DNA from: Steroidobacteraceae bacterium
Lineage (GTDB): Bacteria > Pseudomonadota > Gammaproteobacteria > Steroidobacterales > Steroidobacteraceae
Direction of reading: 5' to 3'
DNA length: 64,000 nt
Assembly: GCA_035624075.1 (NCBI GenBank)
Contig: DASPSF010000007.1
Location: 4,195 to 68,194, forward strand
Below are positions 9,036 through 18,197 of this stretch, one piece after another. The translations under genes were made by a program, and so were the position numbers. The notes under the pieces were generated by a model. That model was not told the DNA's origin. It made no database searches and saw only the letters and a list, made by a program, of their open reading frames with translations. Positions within the stretch are counted from its first letter, which is position 1. Every line of letters starts with the position of its first letter.

Positions 9036-10121
9036 TCATCCACTGGAAAAAATCGCCCGGGTGCCTTCCCACAGCTCGCGCGCCACCTCTGCCGCAGGCA
9101 GTGCCCTCGCCTGGGCGGCCGACTGCCCCGCCCAGGCCTGGAGTCCATCCAGGAGGTTTGCCTTCAGAGCGTGCGTACGCATGCCTGCCGTCAATCCGCT
9201 TTGCACGGGGTAGGCGGCCGGTGCAGGTGCACCCGGCGCCGTGGCGGCGCGGACATAGGCAGTCGCAATGCTGCGTCCCGGGCGTCCGGAGAAGGCTCGG
9301 GAGATGAGCGTCTGCTCCGGGAGGCTCGCCCCGATCGCGTCCGCCCACGCCGAGGGCAGCCGCGCCTCCGGGCAACGCAGAAAACCGGTGCCGACCTGCA
9401 CGGCCGAAGCGCCGAGGACGAGTGCCGCCGCGACAGCGCGCGGATCCGCGATGCCGCCCGCGGCGATCACCGGCACGTTGACTGCGTCGACGATCGCCGG
9501 CAGCAGAGCTGAAAGTCCGATGAGCTCGCGCTCGGCGCGCGAGCCGTCGAAGGCGCCGCGGTGTCCGCCTGCTTCCATCCCCTGCGCGACGACGGCGTCC
9601 GCGCCGGCGGCAACCGCGAGGCGCGCTTCGGTGACGGTCGTCGCGGTGGCGATCCAGCGGATGCCCCGCGCTTTCATCCGATCGACGAACGCGCCCGGGT
9701 AGAGTCCCATGATCGAGGAGATCGCCGCTGGTCCAACCTCGAGCAACGCCTCACACTGCGCCGCGAACTCCGGCCTCGAGTAGCTGCCGGCGTCAGCCGG
9801 AACCGGCGGTCCCCAGTGGGCGAGGAAAGCGCGCATCGCCTCTTCCACCGCTGCATCGCGAACCGGCGCTGCTTCGGGAATCCAGAGGTTCACCTGGAAG
9901 GAGCCGCCCGGGCAGCCGGCCCGGAACTCGCCCGCCCACGCGCTGATCGCAGCCGGCTGCATCACGACGGCCCCGCAGGCGCCGAGTCCGCCCGCGCTGG
10001 CGACCGCGATCGAGAGCGAGGGCGGGCAGGCTCCCGCCATCGGCGCAAGCAGCACCGGGATGCGAAGCCTGTGAGCGGCGCAGAAGCCTTCGGCGCGGAC
10101 GATGGCGGGATGCTTCGTCAC
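9036..10121 (-). CDS. nitronate monooxygenase / 2-nitropropane dioxygenase-like FMN oxidoreductase
   Basis: 361 aa with IPVLLAPMAGA, a TIM-barrel FMN-binding pattern and VPVIAAGGIADPRAVAAAL. GTG start overlapping the rsmI stop (GTGA). Confidence 0.75.
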   Translation of the reverse strand: MTKHPAIVRAEGFCAAHRLRIPVLLAPMAGACPPSLSIAVASAGGLGACGAVVMQPAAISAWAGEFRAGCPGGSFQVNLWIPEAAPVRDAAVEEAMRAFLAHWGPPVPADAGSYSRPEFAAQCEALLEVGPAAISSIMGLYPGAFVDRMKARGIRWIATATTVTEARLAVAAGADAVVAQGMEAGGHRGAFDGSRAERELIGLSALLPAIVDAVNVPVIAAGGIADPRAVAAALVLGASAVQVGTGFLRCPEARLPSAWADAIGASLPEQTLISRAFSGRPGRSIATAYVRAATAPGAPAPAAYPVQSGLTAGMRTHALKANLLDGLQAWAGQSAAQARALPAAEVARELWEGTRAIFSSG

Positions 10122-10981
10122 GGCATCTCCTCGCCCTCGGGCGGCGGTTCACGCGTCGCCAGCGCGTAGGCCGCGGCACGCGTGGCTCCGGTCAGCTGCG
10201 CCGCGGTGGCCGCCGCGCGCCCGGGAGGCAACTCCTTCAGCAGAATCTCCATCGTGCGCTTGAGCTCCGCGCTATCGACTGCGGCGGCGGCGGGAGCCGC
10301 TCCGTGCACGATCAGCGTGAGCTCGCCGCGCGCGAAATTCTCCTCGCGCCCGGCGCGTGCGGCGAGCTCGCCGAGCGTGCCGCGATAGAGCGTCTCGTGC
10401 GCCTTGGTGAGCTCGCGCGCCACCACCGCCTGCCGCCCGGCACCGAACTGCGCCGCAAGATCCGCGAGCGTCGCCTGGATGCGGTGCGGCGCCTCGAAGA
10501 AAACCAGTGTGCGCACCTCGTGCGCGATGCTCGCGAGCGCGGCGCGGCGCTCGGGCGCGCGCGCCGGCAGGAACCCCTCGAAGCAGAAGCGATGGGTTGG
10601 CAGTCCCGCCACGGCGAGGGCGGCGGTGATGGCCGACGGCCCGGGAATCGTGTGAACGGTGAACCCGGCCTCCGCGGCGCGGCTGACGAGCTCGAAACCG
10701 GGATCGGAGAGCAGCGGCGTGCCCGCATCGCTCACCAGCGCGACGTCCTCGCCGGCGGCGAGGCGCGCCAGCAGCTGCGGCACGCGCTCTCGCTCATTGT
10801 GAGCGTGCAGGGAGAGCAGCGGTGTGCCGACACCCATCGCCTGCAACAGGACGCGCGTGTGGCGCGTGTCCTCGGCGGCGATGACCGCGGCCTTGGTAAG
10901 CGCCTCGCGGGCGCGCGGGCTCAGGTCGGCGAGGTTGCCGATCGGTGTGGCTACGACGAGCAGCGTGCCGGGCGCCTTCAT
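10118..10981 (-). CDS. rsmI: 16S rRNA (cytidine1402-2'-O)-methyltransferase
   Basis: 287 aa: LLVVATPIGNLADLSPRAREAL...IAAEDTRHTRVLL. Divergent from lpoA, as in E. coli and Pseudomonas. Confidence 0.88.
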   Translation of the reverse strand: MKAPGTLLVVATPIGNLADLSPRAREALTKAAVIAAEDTRHTRVLLQAMGVGTPLLSLHAHNERERVPQLLARLAAGEDVALVSDAGTPLLSDPGFELVSRAAEAGFTVHTIPGPSAITAALAVAGLPTHRFCFEGFLPARAPERRAALASIAHEVRTLVFFEAPHRIQATLADLAAQFGAGRQAVVARELTKAHETLYRGTLGELAARAGREENFARGELTLIVHGAAPAAAAVDSAELKRTMEILLKELPPGRAAATAAQLTGATRAAAYALATREPPPEGEEMP

Positions 10982-11018
10982 CTATAATCGCGAGCCTCCT
11001 CCGGTTTCAGTCTAACCA

Positions 11019-12485
11019 ATGCCGCTCACCCATTGGATCACCCGCTGTGCCGCTGTCGCCGCCGCCTTCGCCCTGAGCGGCTGCCCGAGCCTGACGACGG
11101 TGAGCCCCCCGCCCTCGGCCGACCGGGCCGCGAGCCTCGAGCAATCGGGGGATCCGGCCGGAGCTGCGCGGGTCTACGAAGCGCTCGCCGGGCAGAACAG
11201 CGGCGCGAGCCGCAACGCCTACCTGCTGCGCGCAGCGCGCGATTTCCTCAGCGCGCACCGCGCCGACGAGGCGGCGCGGGTGCTGACGGGCCTGGAAGGG
11301 AGCCTGACTCCCGACCAGCAGGCCGAGCGGGGCATTCTCACGGCCGAGATTGCCAGGGCACGGGGCGCCGCCGGTGCCGGGCACCCGCAGGTGGCGCAGC
11401 CGGGCACGAGCGAGCAGGCCGAGGTCCTGCCCCACATCGCGTTGCTGCTTCCGGTCACGGGCCGCAACGCCGCCGCGGCCGTGAGCGTGCGCAACGGCTT
11501 TGTCGCCGCCTACTACCAGGCGCCTGCGGGCGAGCGCCTGCGCGTACGCATCTACGACACCGGCACGCTGAGCGTCGCCGAGGCGCTGAGCCGCGCCACG
11601 AGCTCCGGCGCCGAACTGGTGGTCGGTCCGCTGACGCGCGAGGAGGTGATCGCCGCGGCGCAGTTCGCCAACTCGCGCCCACCGCTGCTGGCACTCAACT
11701 TCCTGCCCCCCGAGACGCCGGCTCCCGCGCGCTTCTACCAGTACGCGCTCTCACCCGAGGATGAGGCGCGGCTCGTGGCGCGGCGGATCCTCGCCGACCA
11801 TCACCGGCGCGGCATCGCCATCGTGCCGGCGGGTGACTGGGGCACACGCGTGCTCGCGGCGTTTCGCCAGGAGCTCGAAAGCGGTGCCGGCGAGCTGATC
11901 GCCACGGCCACCATCGACACGGGCCGCACCGATTACTCCGAGGCCGTGACGCAGACGCTCGGCATCAGTGAAAGCCAGGCGCGCTACCGGCGGCTCGAGG
12001 GCGCGCTCGGCACCAAGCTGCAATTCGAGCCGCGGCGCCGCGGCGATATCGGTTTCATCTTCTGTCCGGCGCCCGCCAACACGGAGCGGCTGCTGCGCCC
12101 GCAGCTGCGCTTTCATTTCGCCGGGGACATACCGACCTACGCCACCTCGAGCGCCTTCGAGCCGGATGTGCGCGCCAACCAGGATCTCGACGGCCTGATG
12201 TTTCCCGACATGCCGTGGATGCTGGGCGGCGATCTCGCCGAAGCAGTGCGCGCCGCGACCCGCGACGCCTGGCCCAACAGCGGCCTGCAGCGCAGCCGGC
12301 TGTTCGCCTTTGGCTTCGATGCCTATCGGCTGGCGCTGGCGCTGCGCAACACGCGCGCAGACGCCAACATCGCCGGACTCACCGGGCGCCTGAGCTTCGA
12401 TCCCGAGCGGCGCGTCCGGCGCGAGCTCGCCTGGGCGCAGCTGCACGACGGGGAGCTGCGCGCCCTGCCCGACGCATCGCCGTAG
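11019..12485 (+). CDS. lpoA: penicillin-binding protein activator LpoA (YraM/LppC family lipoprotein)
   Basis: 488 aa with lipobox FALSGC, an N-terminal TPR-like region and a C-terminal periplasmic-binding-protein-like domain. Conserved rsmI / lpoA-yraN synteny. Confidence 0.75.
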   Translation: MPLTHWITRCAAVAAAFALSGCPSLTTVSPPPSADRAASLEQSGDPAGAARVYEALAGQNSGASRNAYLLRAARDFLSAHRADEAARVLTGLEGSLTPDQQAERGILTAEIARARGAAGAGHPQVAQPGTSEQAEVLPHIALLLPVTGRNAAAAVSVRNGFVAAYYQAPAGERLRVRIYDTGTLSVAEALSRATSSGAELVVGPLTREEVIAAAQFANSRPPLLALNFLPPETPAPARFYQYALSPEDEARLVARRILADHHRRGIAIVPAGDWGTRVLAAFRQELESGAGELIATATIDTGRTDYSEAVTQTLGISESQARYRRLEGALGTKLQFEPRRRGDIGFIFCPAPANTERLLRPQLRFHFAGDIPTYATSSAFEPDVRANQDLDGLMFPDMPWMLGGDLAEAVRAATRDAWPNSGLQRSRLFAFGFDAYRLALALRNTRADANIAGLTGRLSFDPERRVRRELAWAQLHDGELRALPDASP

Positions 12486-12490
12486 CAGGG

Positions 12491-12862
12491 ATGCTCACGC
12501 AACGACAGGAGAGCGGCAGGCGGGCCGAGGATCTGGCGGCGGCATACCTGAGCGCGCACGGCTGCCAGATCCTCGAGCGTAACTATCGCCGGCGACTCGG
12601 CGAGCTCGACCTGGTCGCACGCGAGGGCGGCGTGCTCGTGATCGCCGAGGTGCGCACCCGCGCGCACACCGGTTTCGGCTCCGCGGCGGCGAGCGTCGAC
12701 CGGCGCAAGCAGCGGCGCATCACACGCGCCGCACTGCAGCTGCTGCAGCAGCGGACAGAGCTCGCGCGCCTTCCGGTGCGCTTCGACGTGCTCGTAGTGA
12801 GCGATCTCGACGCCCCTCAGCCTCGTATCGAGTGGATCCGGCATGCCTTCGAAGCGGTGTGA
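12491..12862 (+). CDS. yraN: YraN family (UPF0102) endonuclease-like protein
   Basis: Internal ATG at 12491 of ORF 12215..12862: MLTQRQESGRRAEDLAAAYLSAHGCQILERNYRRRLGELDLVA...VIAEVRTR. Confidence 0.8.
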   Translation: MLTQRQESGRRAEDLAAAYLSAHGCQILERNYRRRLGELDLVAREGGVLVIAEVRTRAHTGFGSAAASVDRRKQRRITRAALQLLQQRTELARLPVRFDVLVVSDLDAPQPRIEWIRHAFEAV

Positions 12863-13127
12863 GGCGCGCTCTGGCGCGAGCGTTTCGGGAGCGTGTGAGG
12901 TTCCTTTTCGCGATAGTTAGGCGATTGCCTAACCATTGCCGGAAGGGCCGGTGCGAGCGCCCCTGGGTCGTCCAGTCCCGCAGATTGTGAACCACTGTAT
13001 AAGGTTCACCTCCCAAGCCGCTGATTGCTATGAACGAAATCTGACGGGCGGAGCGCCCGGGCGGCTTCCCGCATCCGATTTTGGACATAAGTCGTTGTGA
13101 CTGCGACGAATTTCTCACTTTTTCCAA

Positions 13128-13157
13128 TTGACATAGTTCACCCGCGATTCCTATAGT
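13128..13157 (+). promoter_or_regulatory. sigma70 promoter of the dcw cluster (Pmra)
   Basis: TTGACA (13128-13133), an 18-nt spacer, then TATAGT (13152-13157), about 55 nt upstream of the mraZ ATG. Confidence 0.65.
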
Positions 13158-13190
13158 GGCAGCCGGTGGGAGAAAGTGGGGGTTGATGGG
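13156..13190 (+). promoter_or_regulatory. MraZ operator: four 10-bp-phased GTGGG-type direct repeats
   Basis: GTGGC (13156), GTGGG (13166), GTGGG (13176) and ATGGG (13186), each separated by 5 nt. They overlap the -10 and transcription start region. Confidence 0.6.
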
Positions 13191-13211
13191 CGGAATACTG
13201 CCCTACGGGTT

Positions 13212-13664
13212 ATGTTTCGCGGTGCAACAAAAATCACCCTGGACGACAAGGGGCGGATGGTCATGCCCACCCGCTACCGCGATCAGATCGCGGGCCTTGC
13301 CCAGGGGCGACTGGTCGTCACCGTCGACAAGGACCAGTGCCTCCTCATTTATCCCTTACCGGAGTGGGAACAGATCGAACGCAAGCTGATGAGCCTGCCC
13401 AGCCTCAATCCGACGGCGCGGCGGCTGCAGCGGCTGATGGTGGGCCACGCGACCGATCTGCCGCTCGACGGACACGGCAGGGTGTTGCTGCCGCTGGAGC
13501 TGCGCGAGTTCGCAAAGCTCGAGCGGCACGGGATGCTGATCGGCCAGGGGAACCGCTTCGAGCTCTGGGACGAGTCGCGATGGAACGAACGGCGCGACCT
13601 GTGGCTCAAGAATGAAGAGGTGGCGACCGATCTGCCGTCCGAGCTCGAGTCGCTGTCGCTGTAG
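13212..13664 (+). CDS. mraZ: transcriptional regulator MraZ
   Basis: Internal ATG at 13212 gives the canonical N-terminus MFRGATKITLDDKGRMVMPTRYR. A second DxxxR-type half is present (LDGHGRVLLPLELR). Confidence 0.9.
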   Translation: MFRGATKITLDDKGRMVMPTRYRDQIAGLAQGRLVVTVDKDQCLLIYPLPEWEQIERKLMSLPSLNPTARRLQRLMVGHATDLPLDGHGRVLLPLELREFAKLERHGMLIGQGNRFELWDESRWNERRDLWLKNEEVATDLPSELESLSL

Positions 13665-13721
13665 ACCGGCCATAAGGGCCGCGGTGGTTGACGATGGGCA
13701 GTTGAGGCTGCGCGCGCTCCT

Positions 13722-14651
13722 ATGGGGGATGAGCACACACCGGTGCTTGCCGCGGAGGCGCTTGCGGGACTGGCCCTGGAAGCGGGCGGTTACTATGTCG
13801 ATGCGACGTTCGGGCGCGGCGGCCACACGGCACTCATCCTTCAGGCCCTGGGTCGAGAGGGCAGCGTGCTCGCCATCGACCGCGATCCGCAGGCCATCGC
13901 GGCCGGGCGCGAGCGCTTTGCCGACGAAATGCGGCTTACGCTCGTGCACGCGTCGTTTGCCGATCTCGGCGCGCTCGTGCCGCTACACGCAGAAGGTCGT
14001 GCTTGCCGCGGCGTGCTCTTCGACCTCGGCGTGTCCTCACCGCAGCTCGACGATGCGCGCCGCGGCTTCAGCTTCCGCGCCGACGGCCCGCTCGACATGC
14101 GCATGGACCCGACACGCGGCGAACCGGTCTCTGCCTGGCTCGCTCGGGCGAGCGTCGACGAGATACGCCAGGTGATAGCGAGCTTCGGCGAGGAGCGATT
14201 CGCGGGCCGCGTGGCCCGCGCGATCGTCGAGGCGCGCCGCACGGCGCCCCTCACGCGCACGCGGGAGCTCGCCGAGGTGATCGCCCATGCCGTGCGCACG
14301 CGCGAGCCCGGCAAGCATCCGGCCACGCGCACCTTCCAGGCGCTGCGCATGTTCATCAACGACGAGCTCGGGCAGCTCGATCGCGGCCTGCTCGGCGCGC
14401 TCGCCACGCTGAGCGCCGGCGGCCGCCTTGCCGTCATCACCTTCCATTCGCTCGAGGACCGGCTGGTGAAACGCTTCATGCAGCGCGAGTCGCAGCCCGA
14501 CCCGGCGCTCGCGCACCTGCCGGTGCTGCCGCCACAGGCGCGGCCGCCGCTCAGGATCATCGGACGCAAGACGCGGCCGACGGACGCCGAGGTCAAGCGC
14601 AATCCGCGCGCGCGCAGCGCGCTGCTGCGGGTGGCGGAGAAAATCGCGTGA
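13722..14651 (+). CDS. rsmH: 16S rRNA (cytosine1402-N4)-methyltransferase
   Basis: 309 aa: YVDATFGRGGHT, FDLGVSSPQLD, ITFHSLEDR. Confidence 0.92.
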   Translation: MGDEHTPVLAAEALAGLALEAGGYYVDATFGRGGHTALILQALGREGSVLAIDRDPQAIAAGRERFADEMRLTLVHASFADLGALVPLHAEGRACRGVLFDLGVSSPQLDDARRGFSFRADGPLDMRMDPTRGEPVSAWLARASVDEIRQVIASFGEERFAGRVARAIVEARRTAPLTRTRELAEVIAHAVRTREPGKHPATRTFQALRMFINDELGQLDRGLLGALATLSAGGRLAVITFHSLEDRLVKRFMQRESQPDPALAHLPVLPPQARPPLRIIGRKTRPTDAEVKRNPRARSALLRVAEKIA

Positions 14652-14926
14652 GCGTGCGAGCGGTGCTGATCATCGCGGTGCCGCTGCTGTGGCTCGCGGT
14701 GCTCGCATCAAGCGCCGGCGCGATCTACTGCGAGCACCGTGCCCGCGGCCTGTTCATCGAGCTCGAGGCGCTCAACGCGCGGCGCGATAACCTGCAGATC
14801 GAATGGGGCCAGCTGCAGCTCGAGCAGAGCGCCTGGTCGAGCCACGCGTTCGTCGAGCGCGTGGCCAGCACGCGCTTGCACATGGCGATGCCGGCGCCGC
14901 AGGCCATCGAGGTCGTCTCGCCGTGA
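14648..14926 (+). CDS. ftsL: cell division protein FtsL
   Basis: GTG at 14648 overlaps the rsmH stop (GTGA). 92 aa with one TM segment (AVLIIAVPLLWLAVLASSAGAIY) followed by a coiled coil. Position between rsmH and ftsI. Confidence 0.8.
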   Translation: MSVRAVLIIAVPLLWLAVLASSAGAIYCEHRARGLFIELEALNARRDNLQIEWGQLQLEQSAWSSHAFVERVASTRLHMAMPAPQAIEVVSP

Positions 14927-16674
14927 AGGCGCGCAGCCCGCGTGGCGACCAGGCACCGCGCTCGTTCCGCTGGCGCGCGCGCGTGCTGCTCGCCCTGCTC
15001 ACGCTCGCCTGCGCGGCGCTGCTGTGGCGCGCCGTGAACCTGCAGCTGGTCGATCACGGCTTTCTCGCGCGCCAGGGGGATGCGCGCTTCTCGCGCGTGC
15101 TGCAGATCGCTGCCCACCGCGGCACCGTCACCGACCGTTACGGCGAGCCGCTGGCGGTGAGTACGCCGGTCGACTCGATCTGGGTGAACCCGGGCGAGCT
15201 CGCGCTCGCCGAGGAGCAGATCCCGCGCCTCGCGGGCGCGCTCGGGCTCGACCGCCAGGAGCTCGCACGCCGCGTCACCAGCAATCTCGATCGCGAGTTC
15301 CTCTACCTGGCGCGCGGCCGGCAGCCGGCCGAGGCGGCCGAGATCAAGGCGCTCGGCATTCCGGGCGTGTACACCTCGCGCGAGTATCGCCGCTATTACC
15401 CGGCGGGCGAGGTGACCGGGCACCTGCTCGGCTTCACCAACGTCGATGACGCCGGCCAGGAGGGACTCGAGCTCGCCTTCGATCACTGGCTGGCCGGCGA
15501 GGCGGGCGCGAAGCGCGTCATCCAGGACCGCTACGGGCGCATCGTCGAGAACGTCGAGAGCATCCGCCCGGCACGCCCCGGGCGCGACCTGGTGCTGTCG
15601 ATCGACCTGCGCATCCAGTACCTCGCTTACCGCGAGCTCAAGGCCGCGGTGCGCGAGGACCGGGCGCGCGCCGGCTCGATCGTGGTGCTGGATGTGACCA
15701 CGGGCGAAGTGCTCGCCATGGTGAACCAGCCCACCTACAACCCCAACGACCGCGAGCAGATGCAGGCGGCCGACTACCGCAACCGCGCCGCCACCGACAT
15801 CTTCGAGCCGGGCTCGTCCATCAAGCCCTTCTGGGTGGCGGCGGCCATCGCCGCCGGCAAGTACGACTCGCGCAGCGTCATCGACACCTCGCCCGGTTTC
15901 TTCAAGGTCGGCACCAAGATCTTCGAGGACGAGCACAACCTCGGCGCGATCAACATTGCCACCGTGCTCGCCAAGAGCTCCAACGTCGGCATGGCGCACA
16001 TCGCGCTCACGCTGGCGCCACAACAGGCGTGGACTACGCTCAACCGGCTCGGCTTCGGCCAGGTCACGACCAGCGGTTATCCGGGCGAGTCCGCCGGCCT
16101 GCTGCCTGGCTACCCGCAATGGCGGCCGATGGGCATCGTCACCATGTCGCACGGCTACGGCCTGTCGGTGACGCCGCTGCAGCTCGCGCATGCCTACGCC
16201 ACCGTCGGCTCGCTCGGCATCGCCCGCCCGGTGTCCTTCCTCGCGGCCGACGGGCCGGCAGACGGCACGCGGGTTCTCGAGAGCCCCGCGTGCCGTGAGC
16301 TCCTCGGCATGCTCGAGACCGTGGTGACCGCGGAAGGCACGGGCAAGCTCGCGGCGATTCCCGGGTACCGCGTCTCCGGCAAGACCGGCACCGCCTGGAA
16401 GGCGACCGCCGGCGGCTACTCCACCGACCGTTACATGGCGGTGTTCGGCGGCGTGGCGCCGGTCACCGATCCGCGCCTGGCGGCGGTCGTGGTGATCGAC
16501 GAGCCCAGTGCCGGGGAGCACCAGGGCGGCCAGGTCTCGGCTCCGGTGTTCGCGCGCGTCGTCGGTGGGGCGCTGCGCCTGCTCGCGGTCGCGCCGGACC
16601 AGCCGGTGCGCTCGCCCGAGGAGCTGCCGGCGAACGCCGCACCCGACACGCTGCGCACGGCGGCCTTGCGATGA
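14923..16674 (+). CDS. ftsI: peptidoglycan D,D-transpeptidase FtsI (PBP3)
   Basis: GTG at 14923 overlaps the ftsL stop. TM anchor, then SSIK (SxxK), SSN and KTGT boxes. Confidence 0.9.
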   Translation: MKARSPRGDQAPRSFRWRARVLLALLTLACAALLWRAVNLQLVDHGFLARQGDARFSRVLQIAAHRGTVTDRYGEPLAVSTPVDSIWVNPGELALAEEQIPRLAGALGLDRQELARRVTSNLDREFLYLARGRQPAEAAEIKALGIPGVYTSREYRRYYPAGEVTGHLLGFTNVDDAGQEGLELAFDHWLAGEAGAKRVIQDRYGRIVENVESIRPARPGRDLVLSIDLRIQYLAYRELKAAVREDRARAGSIVVLDVTTGEVLAMVNQPTYNPNDREQMQAADYRNRAATDIFEPGSSIKPFWVAAAIAAGKYDSRSVIDTSPGFFKVGTKIFEDEHNLGAINIATVLAKSSNVGMAHIALTLAPQQAWTTLNRLGFGQVTTSGYPGESAGLLPGYPQWRPMGIVTMSHGYGLSVTPLQLAHAYATVGSLGIARPVSFLAADGPADGTRVLESPACRELLGMLETVVTAEGTGKLAAIPGYRVSGKTGTAWKATAGGYSTDRYMAVFGGVAPVTDPRLAAVVVIDEPSAGEHQGGQVSAPVFARVVGGALRLLAVAPDQPVRSPEELPANAAPDTLRTAALR

Positions 16675-18197
16675 GCCCGCAGCCCGACACCACTGCGCGC
16701 GGCCGCCCGCTCGCCGAGCTCACCGCTGGCCTGCTGGCCGCGCCCGCAGCTCTCGTGGTGAGCGATGTGACGGCGGACAGCCGCGCGGTGACTCCGGGGG
16801 CGTTGTTCCTCGCCTGCCGCGGACGCACGCATCACGGCCTGCGCTTTGCCGCGGAGGCCCTGCGGCGCGGCGCGCGCGCCGTGCTCTACGAGCCGGACGG
16901 CATGCGCACGGACAGTCTGCCCGAACCATCGCCCGGCATCTTCGTGGCCGGGCTCGCCCATTTGAGCGAGCACGCCGGGGTGATCGCCGACCGGTTCTTC
17001 GGCACGCCGAGCGCCGCGCTCACCGTCGCCGGCATCACCGGCACCAACGGCAAGACCACCTGCGCGTGGCTGCTGGCGCAGGCGCTCGAGGCCGCGGGCA
17101 GGCCCGCCGCCTACATGGGGACACTCGGCTTCGGCCGTCCGCCGCTGCTGACCTCCAGCGTGCACACCACGCCCGATGCGGTCAGCGTGCAGCGCCAGCT
17201 CGCGGCGCTGCGCGCGCTCGGCGCCGAGTGCGTCAGCATGGAGGTCTCGAGCCACGCGCTCGACCAGAACCGTGTGAACGGCGTGCGCTTCAACACCGCC
17301 GCCTTCACCAACCTCACCCGCGATCATCTCGACTATCACGGCACCATGGACGCCTACGGTGCGGCCAAGGCGCGCCTGTTCCGCTTCGCCGGCCTCGCGC
17401 ACCGCGTGATCAACATCGACGATCCCTTCGGCGCGGCGCTCGCGGCGCAAGTCTCACCCGCACAGCTCACCGTGACGACGCGCGCGGCGCACGACGGCGC
17501 GCGAGCCGGCGCGGCGCAGTTGGTGCGCGCCGTGCGCGTGCAAGCTGAGCCGACCGGGCTCGCCATCGGCATCGAGTCGAGCTGGGGCAACGCCGAGCTC
17601 GCGGTGCGTCTCATGGGCGAGTTCAACGTCGACAACTCCCTCACGGTGCTCGCGGTGCTGCTCGCCTGGGGTGTGCCGCTCGGCGCGGCCGCGCGTGCGC
17701 TCGGGCGCTGCCGGGCGGCGAGCGGCCGCATGGAGATGTTCGGCGGGCGCGGATTCACGCCGCTCGCGATCGTCGACTACGCCCACACGCCCGACGCGCT
17801 CGAGAAGGCGCTGCAGGCGGCGCGCCTTCACTGCCGCGGCCAGCTGCGCGTGGTGTTCGGCTGCGGCGGAGATCGCGACGCCGGCAAGCGTCCGCTCATG
17901 GGGCGGATCGCCGCCGAGCTGGCCGACGATCTCATCGTGACCGATGACAACCCGCGCACCGAGGACCCGGCGCACATCGTCTCCGGCATCCTCGCGGGTG
18001 TCGCGCGGCACACGCCGCTCGTGGTCGAGCACGACCGCGCGCTCGCCATCCGCTTGGGGCTCGCCCGCAGCGTGCCCGACGACGTGGTGCTGATCGCCGG
18101 CAAGGGCCACGAGGATTATCAGATCGTGGGGACCGAGCGCCGGCCGTTCCGCGACCAGGCAGTGGTCATGGATGCGCTGCGCGAGGTGGGCACGTGA
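16671..18197 (+). CDS. murE: UDP-N-acetylmuramoyl-L-alanyl-D-glutamate--2,6-diaminopimelate ligase
   Basis: 508 aa with [11 protein letters not shown]-loop and DNPR motif (DDNPRTEDP). ATGA overlap with ftsI. Confidence 0.92.
   Translation: MSPQPDTTARGRPLAELTAGLLAAPAALVVSDVTADSRAVTPGALFLACRGRTHHGLRFAAEALRRGARAVLYEPDGMRTDSLPEPSPGIFVAGLAHLSEHAGVIADRFFGTPSAALTVAGITGTNGKTTCAWLLAQALEAAGRPAAYMGTLGFGRPPLLTSSVHTTPDAVSVQRQLAALRALGAECVSMEVSSHALDQNRVNGVRFNTAAFTNLTRDHLDYHGTMDAYGAAKARLFRFAGLAHRVINIDDPFGAALAAQVSPAQLTVTTRAAHDGARAGAAQLVRAVRVQAEPTGLAIGIESSWGNAELAVRLMGEFNVDNSLTVLAVLLAWGVPLGAAARALGRCRAASGRMEMFGGRGFTPLAIVDYAHTPDALEKALQAARLHCRGQLRVVFGCGGDRDAGKRPLMGRIAAELADDLIVTDDNPRTEDPAHIVSGILAGVARHTPLVVEHDRALAIRLGLARSVPDDVVLIAGKGHEDYQIVGTERRPFRDQAVVMDALREVGT

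Noticed and set aside
12990-13009. Possible LexA (SOS) box ACTGTATAAGGTTCAC upstream of the dcw promoter
   Set aside because: It has the CTGT half but the distal half reads TCAC instead of ACAG. The real symmetry is GTGAACC/GGTTCAC, which is not the gammaproteobacterial LexA consensus.
12720-13127. 135-aa minus-strand ORF in the yraN-mraZ spacer
   Set aside because: It overlaps the 3' end of yraN antisense and crosses a region of palindromes and lower GC. I see no ribosome-binding site and no recognisable family. I treated the region as regulatory non-coding DNA.
13176-13211. Upstream GTG start extending mraZ by 12 codons (ORF track start 13176)
   Set aside because: The extension lies inside the GTGGG operator repeats. 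The canonical MraZ N-terminus MFRGA begins at ATG 13212.
14725-16521. 598-aa minus-strand ORF antisense to ftsI
   Set aside because: This is the same high-GC antisense artefact. It has no motifs, and ftsI on the plus strand has SxxK/SSN/KTGT boxes.
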